A stretch of DNA of 64,000 nucleotides from positions 226,920,001 through 226,984,000 of the forward strand of contig OZ024741.1 of NCBI GenBank assembly GCA_964016885.1, given 5' to 3'. The notes beneath the pieces were generated by a model. The model saw only the letters and a program-made list of their open reading frames with translations, had not been told where the DNA came from and made no database searches. The stretch is from Eledone cirrhosa. Lineage: Eukaryota. Made by a program: the position numbers and the translations under genes. Positions 57,483-64,000 of this stretch are shown here, one piece after another; the stretch's first letter is position 1, and the number at the start of each line of letters is the position of its first letter.

Positions 57483-57952
57483 TGTGTGTGCATGAGTGTG
57501 TCTGTTTGTGTGCATGTGTGCATGAGTGTGTCTGTTTGTGTGCATGTGTGCGTGAGTGTGTCTGTTTGTGTGCATGTGTGTGTGAGTGTGTCTGTTTGTG
57601 TGCATGTGTGTGTGAGTGTGTCTGTTTGTGTGCATGTGTGTGTGAGTGTGTCTGTTTGTGTGCATGTGTGTGTGAGTGTGTCTGTTTGTGTGCATATGTG
57701 TGTGAGTGTGTCTGTTTGTGTGCATGTGTGTGTGAGTATGTCTGTTTGTGTGCATGTGTGTGTGAGTGTGTCTGTTTGTGTGCATGTGTGCGTGAGTGCG
57801 TCTGTTTGTGTGCATGTGTGTGTGAGTGATTATGTTTGTGTGCATGTGTGTGTGAGTGATTATGTTTGTGTGCATGTGTACGTAAGTGTACCTGTTTGTG
57901 TGCATGTGTGTGTGTATGTGTGTGTATATATGTGCCTGTATGCCTGTGTGCA

Positions 57953-57985
<33 letters not shown>
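57483..57985. repeat. 30-bp minisatellite (gtgtgcatgtgtgtgtgagtgtgtctgttt)n
   Basis: About 14 units, in register with the 60-nt lines. Confidence 0.95.
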
Positions 57986-57988
<3 letters not shown>

Positions 57989-57999
57989 AGTGAACCTAT

Positions 58000-58245
58000 G
58001 ATGTAGTTTAGTGTTTAGAGCCCTGGGCGTTCGATCTAACTGTCGTGAGTTCGATTCCCGGGCGGGCTTAATTCACTCAACTCGGCTGACAAAAATGTAC
58101 CTGTAATTCAAAGGGGCTGCCGATTCACAAACTATGTCACCTTGAATCTATATAAGAACTACATTAAGAGTTCCAGTGTCTGTGGAATACTCAGCCACTT
58201 ACATGTTATTTTTCACGAACAGGCTCATTCGATATTGAAAAAACT
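58000..58245 (+). mobile_element. Degenerate tRNA-headed SINE (different family)
   Basis: A-box-like gtagtttagtgtttag and B box GAGTTCGATTCCC. Confidence 0.55.
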
Positions 58246-58842
58246 AAAATACTTGTCGCAATCGACGGAGGTCCAGCACTAGCGTGTGTGTATGTGTGCG
58301 TATATATGTCTGTACATGTATTGTTTGTCTACGCATGTATCTATGTATGTATGTGTGTGTATGTGTTTGTGTCTGTCTATGTATGTGTGTGTCTATGTAC
58401 GTGTGCCAATAAACTATATTTGTTTGTGTATGTATAGCTATGATAAATTGCATTGTGCCTCTTCTGTGCGAATATGTGAGTACGCATTTGTATGTGAATG
58501 TGTTTGTGTGTGAGTGTGTTTGTGTGCGTGCGTGTGTATGTATGTGTGTGTGTTTTATAAATAGCCAAATTTCATTCAAAGAACACACTGCCATTTTATA
58601 AAAGTATGGAAAAACTCAATTAAGAAGTATATTTCAATGAACTACGAAAATTTTTTTAAATCCTAATTTATCCTAATTCATGTCATTGGACTATTTGAGT
58701 TATTTCCCTTAGTTCATTTTTGTTTTTGTTTTAATTATTCAAATTATGCTGGAACGGTGAGAAGACATAAACCTGGGGTTCTGCACGATTGACTATATAG
58801 CAGCTCTCTCTCTTTCGTTAGATATTGATGACAACAACAATA

Positions 58843-59020
58843 ATTGTTTCTACTTTTGGCACAAGGCCAGCAATTACCCAGTGTATTAGAGCTACTTTAT
58901 TTTATCGACCCCATAAGGATGAAAGGCAAAGTCAACCTCGGCAGGACTTGAACTCAGACCGTAAAGGGCCGTAACTCTATGCTGCAATGCATGACGTCCG
59001 TCCCTCTACCGATACTGCCA
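58843..59020 (-). mobile_element. tRNA-derived SINE
   Basis: Same family as 27850-28024. Confidence 0.85.
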
Positions 59021-59069
59021 ACAACAATAATGGTTTCTAATTTAGGTCAACAATTTTGGGAGAGGGGAT

Positions 59070-59740
59070 GAATTGGCAGAGTCAGACAAATGCTTAGCAA
59101 TATTTTTTCCGTCTGTTAACATTCTGAGTTCAAATCCAAGATCAATTTTGCTCTTCGTCCTTTCAAGGTCGATAAAGTAAAGTACCAGTCAAGTACTGGG
59201 ATCAATTGCTTTTTTGTTTTTTTATTCACTGGTCGATAGATAAGGCTTGGAAATGATGTGTAAATTCCCAGTCTCGTTTAGGTATCAAAGCCGCCCGACA
59301 TACAGCGGGTGTGAGTTCGTTTCCCATAAGTGATACTGTCCATTTTTTCCCCCGATTATAGGTGCTTATATGTTCAACTTGTTTGACTATTAAAAGATCT
59401 TACGTTGAAGCACCTTACTTTAAGATATACCTGAACAAATATGGCAAAATCGGTAGAACATCGGACAAAATATGTTACGCCGTAACATATTTTTGTTTTA
59501 TATTACGAAGATAAAACATGTGCGGGCCGCAGGTCTACTTGTAAAGGGTCGCACGTGGCCCGCGGGCCGCATGTTTGAGATGCCAGTATTACGGTATTTA
59601 TTCGTCTTGGCTTGAAATCCCACCAATTTCACCTTTGCCTTTCATCCTTTCGGAGTCGATAAAATATAAGTACCAGTTGAGTATTGGGGTCAATATAGTC
59701 GACGATTCCCATCCCAAAATTACTGGTTTCTGCCTTTATG
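59070..59740 (+). mobile_element. Older SINE copies (59070-59205 and ~59440-59740) with a hAT-MITE-like end at ~59520-59586
   Basis: GAGTTCAAATCC and ttcatcctttcggagtcgataaa cores; ggcccgcgggccgcatgtttgagatgccag resembles a hAT subterminal/TIR. Confidence 0.55.
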
Positions 59741-60248
59741 CTTCGTTTTTTTACGCTGTTGTTCTTGTTGTTGCTGTTGCTGCTTTAATATAGTCGTGTA
59801 ATATAGTTTTGTTCTTTGATTCTGTTAATGTATTTTTGAAAACACATTTTAACCGTTTCATTATCATATTTCTAATGAAATAGACTATATGTTAATTAAT
59901 TCATGAATAATTTGGAGAAAATATTGATTATTTCATTAACATGATATTTGTAACATAACAAAATGTCCATATACAAAATGCTGGAAGATTTTAATTTAAA
60001 TAAAAACCCTTCAAAACGGGTGTTATTCCTTTCATGGAACCAGAGGCAATTTTCGACAAGTTGGTATTGAAAGACGTAAAGGAGGTTTAAAGATTCTTTC
60101 GAACATTGTGTGGTTTTTGTCGATATCTGTTAGGGATTTCGTTGGGGAAATAGTTCTGTGTGGTGACGCTTCATCATATTAACTGCTGTCAAACCGTAAT
60201 CTTTCTTCATTTTTCTTTTTTTCTGTAAAATATTATCTTCAGGCTTAC

Positions 60249-60428
60249 TTTATCCGAGGGCCACCTCCCTGTTCACCACCATCGGCACAGAGTTGGCTAC
60301 CTGTGGGTATGACCCTCGCGAGCTGGAATGGCCCTCCCAGTGCCTCTCCCTCACCATCTTCCGGTGAATCGCCTTCTCTATTCTGTCCACCGGGGCCGTG
60401 GGACGGCCAGCGCGTGGGCCCCCATTTA
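60249..60428 (-). CDS. Candidate 180-nt internal exon of an unknown host gene
   Basis: GC-rich island, upstream polypyrimidine tract + AG, downstream GTAAG donor, symmetric phase; open frame KWGPTRWPSHGPGG...GGGPRI. Confidence 0.4.
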
Positions 60429-60774
60429 CTCAAAATAGTGAGAGATGGGGAGAGTGGGAGAGACAGAGGCAGTGACAGTGGAAGTTTGGTTCTTTTGTAT
60501 TCAGACCTAGCATATATAGTGTATATATGTGCATATAGGAGACAATTGTATAGCAATTTATGTTGAGCCAGTGTCAAAGTGTATTGCTCGGACCTCTTTT
60601 ACTTGGTTTAATTTCCTAGTTTGAATAATATCTTCTACTTCACAGTAGAGTAATAACATCCAGTTTATCAATTCTAAAGGTGATAGTGTTAAAGTTGAAG
60701 GACATTTGCCTGCCATTTTCGGCAGGCCGAATAAATACGTAAACGTCTCAATATAAAATAAATTTGAAGGTAGT

Positions 60775-61545
60775 GCACTGGCAGAATTGGTAAACTGTCT
60801 GATAAAATTCCATTGCGTTATTTGTACCAATTCTGAATTCAAATTTTGCCAACGTCAACTTCCGGGATAGATAAAATAAACGACCAGTCAAGTACTGGGT
60901 TAATTTGATCAACTTTCCTCTTCACCCCAAATTGCTGGACTTGTATTAACCCTTTAGCATTTACATCATTCTATATTTACTATTGTATTTTCACGGTAAA
61001 CACTTTATTTCACATAATTACCTTACACAATATCAAATATACAAGATTTTCATATTATTTATTTTGATAATAATACCTGGCCGATTTGAACAGAAAGAGG
61101 TGAGATAATTCTGGCCGGATATGGGCGGTTTAAATGCTAAAGGGTTAATGTTAGAAATAATTATATTTTATATAGAAAGGCAGTAGATTGACAGAACAAT
61201 TAGAGCATCGGTGAAAGTGCTATATGGTATTTATTCCAGCTCTTTACGTTTTCAGTTCAAATTCCATCGAGATCAACTTCACCTTTCATCCTTCGAGCAA
61301 TGGCGTAGATGTTCCATCATTGGCTCGATATGTGAACATATTGACTCATGTGGCGTTGTATTTTGTGGTGATATATAGAGTGGTGTATTTTGTGAATTGG
61401 CAGAGGCGTTAGAACGTCGAATAGAATGATTTCCGGTATTTGACACGGCTCTCTGCATTCTCTGATTTCAAATTCCGCAAGCCTTGCATTTCGTGCTTTC
61501 GAGTTCGATAAATAAAATACCAGTCTAGTAGTGGAGTCGATTCCT
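60775..61545 (+). mobile_element. Three degenerate SINE copies (about 60775-60945, 61180-61295, 61396-61545)
   Basis: tggcagaattgg / ttcaaatt / ctttcatcctt / gataaa...accagtc motifs. Confidence 0.6.
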
Positions 61546-61549
61546 TCTT

Positions 61550-61602
<53 letters not shown>

Positions 61603-61844
61603 ATTTTTCTTTCTCTCCCATTCTAGAAGAAGTCCGTTGTGATCAAACCTCGAGAGGGATAGACACCGCCAAGTATAAAGTGCCTAAGATACGCCGTATA
61701 TCACTATGGTGTCCCTCATACTCCACCAAGAGGTACAGCTTCATACATACATACCCACACACATACATACATACATACATACATACATACATACATACAT
61801 ACATACATACATACATACATACATACATACATACATACATACAT

Positions 61845-63130
61845 GATGGCTGCAAACTCTGCTAAGAGTATTGCAGTCGCTTATCAGAATACAGAAAATA
61901 ATGCACTTTTAGGCTACAGCCAGACACACGAACCTGTAACAGATCCTGAACAAGCAATGCCTGTGCTTTGAAGGTTTTTTTAAGTGGGGAAATGCTTTGC
62001 ACTCGACCAATCCCATCCTCTGAGTATCGAAAACACCACCCGAAAAGGAGAACTGGTCAACATCATCAGATGCTTCCGATGCCGCAGGTTTTTTTTTTTT
62101 TCAAATTTCCTTCTCTTAGAAAGCTGTTGTGACAACAACTGGGGGCCTTTCACTCCTAGGTGGAAAAAAAGTTATATTTGGATGGCCGTTGACTCTGCTG
62201 AGTTCCTACGGCCTTTGCCAGGTCTTTTATTTCATTCTGCAGGGTGTCCAAATATCACCTTCTCACCAGGCAAGCTTGGTGGGGTTGCCGGTTTAGTCAC
62301 CGATGACCCGACCATGAGACAGGTTGTACTGGGTTACATTTTACCAGTAGCACTCGAGAGCGACCTGACATATATACATACATACATACATACATACATA
62401 CATACATACATACATACATACATAACATAACATACATACATACATGGTGGCTGCCAACTCGTTTTCGAGTACGGCCACTACTTCATATCCATGTAGGAGA
62501 ACCCCTACTGATGCGCTGAACGAGTGTGACTTTTTAGTCCCGCCAGCGACTTGAAAACTCTGGTACAAACACTGCACTTGTGACAATTATTGACACATAT
62601 TGCTGGGCCCATGGTACCATGTGATGACAAGTGCAGAGAGATCTCCAGATATAAAGCAATGCCTGTGCCGTGAAGCTTTTATAGTGAGCAAAGGCACTGC
62701 ACGAAGCCAGTCCCACTCTCTTAACCAAGATGATATTTACCAAAAAGAAGAACAAGTCAACATCATTGGATACCATCAGGGTTGCAGGTGTTATATCAGA
62801 GTTTTCCTTCTCCTAGAATTCTGCCTTGACAAAGGCTAAGGGGTCATCTCTCCCGGTGATTTTGGATGGCCATTGACTCTTAAGAGCTCCTTTGCCCTTT
62901 GACAGGCTTTGTTTTTAGTCCTGTAGGATGTCCAAAGTCACCCTCCTCACCAAGAAACCTTGGTGGGGTTGCCAGTTTAGTCGCCAATGACCCGACCATG
63001 AGACAGGTTGTACTTGGATACATGTTACCAGTAGCACCAACTGGTGACCTGACATGCATACATACATACATACATACATACATACATACATACATACATA
63101 CATACATACATACATACATACATACATACA
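61845..63130 (+). mobile_element. Two tandem, diverged ~550-600-bp retroelement 3' ends, each with a (CATA)n tail
   Basis: cttggtggggttgcc(g/a)gtttagtc...gacccgaccatgagacaggttgtact...gacctgac(atac)n at ~62275-62370 and ~62960-63055. Confidence 0.6.
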
Positions 63131-64000
63131 TTACGTTATTGTAAATTTTCTGGTTGCAATGAACTGTATTATGCAGTGTTCTTCTTCCCTTTCATTTTCC
63201 TCTCCTTTCACATTCTTTTTCTCTTGCGTTCCCCCACCCCACCCACCTATCTCTCACTTTTGAAATATTGTTTTGGCATTGTATTTCATATGTAGGAATT
63301 TAGGCGCCACCGAACTCGGATTGGAACAAGAGAAGCGATATGTTAGACACTCCCTTGGTACACCTTGACATAAAAAATAAATGGAAACTATTTGAAAAGA
63401 ATGAATACTTATTTTTTCATCCCATTTATTTTATACAAACATCATTTTAAAAATATTACTTTTTACATTTTATTTTCCTGGAGGAATGGGGTGTGAGGTG
63501 TTTAATTTTTCTTTTACTGTACTAGAGGTTTTTAGTTTGATATGAGTGAATTTGTAATAAAATCCACTCGATGATCATAAAATATTTACGCTTGTAACAT
63601 TTCAATGATTTAACCTGAAAATAACAATGGCCACTAGAAATCCACTTGCCATATTCTTATCATATCTGAATGGCATATTAATATGTTAAATATTGATTAG
63701 ATTCCGCTTGTTACAAACATTACAAAACGATGATGATGATGATGACGACGACGACGATGATGATGATGACGACGACGACGACGACGAGGATGATGATGAC
63801 GATGATAATGTTGATAAAATTTCAAGGTGATAGTTTGTTTTCATTGCTATTTATATTGGACATGATATCACTCCAGTCTGATGTTACGAAAAGTCAAAAT
63901 AGCTTATGATGGTATGGTCAGATAAATCATTCATGGATAATTTCAAGTTCTATAAGAAGCAGCTGGAAAGTCTTATACATAAAGTTAGCATTTTTTCAAA

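Noticed and set aside
57483-57985. CRISPR-like regular 30-bp repeats
   Set aside because: No unique spacers, no cas genes, eukaryotic context; it is a minisatellite.

Overview
Repeat-dense animal genomic DNA, probably cephalopod/octopus (inferred from the SINE family and extreme microsatellite density). There is no prokaryotic content and no complete host gene. Bases 1-39.8 kb are a nest of mostly broken transposons inserted into microsatellites: three Penelope-like elements (PLEs; RT plus C-terminal GIY-YIG, CxCx5C linker) in (TA)n, two R4/Dong-type RT-RLE LINE families in (TAA)n, two Tx1/L1-type APE-RT LINEs with near-identical ORF2 but different ORF1, several Helitrons and tRNA-type SINEs. 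Bases 40.1-57.2 kb are one 17-kb block with strict 3-nt periodicity that reads as modular Gly-rich (minus) or Thr-rich (plus) sequence. The most notable signal read directly from the sequence is a set of about seven hammerhead-ribozyme (HHR) folds, plus degenerate ones. They include a 510-bp palindrome with an HHR in each polarity around an octamer/TATA centre, a second octamer-TATA-HHR unit, an HHR with a ~75-nt stem II insertion, and an HHR with a CAGA core. All folds and alignments were done by eye, and coordinates of element ends are approximate.
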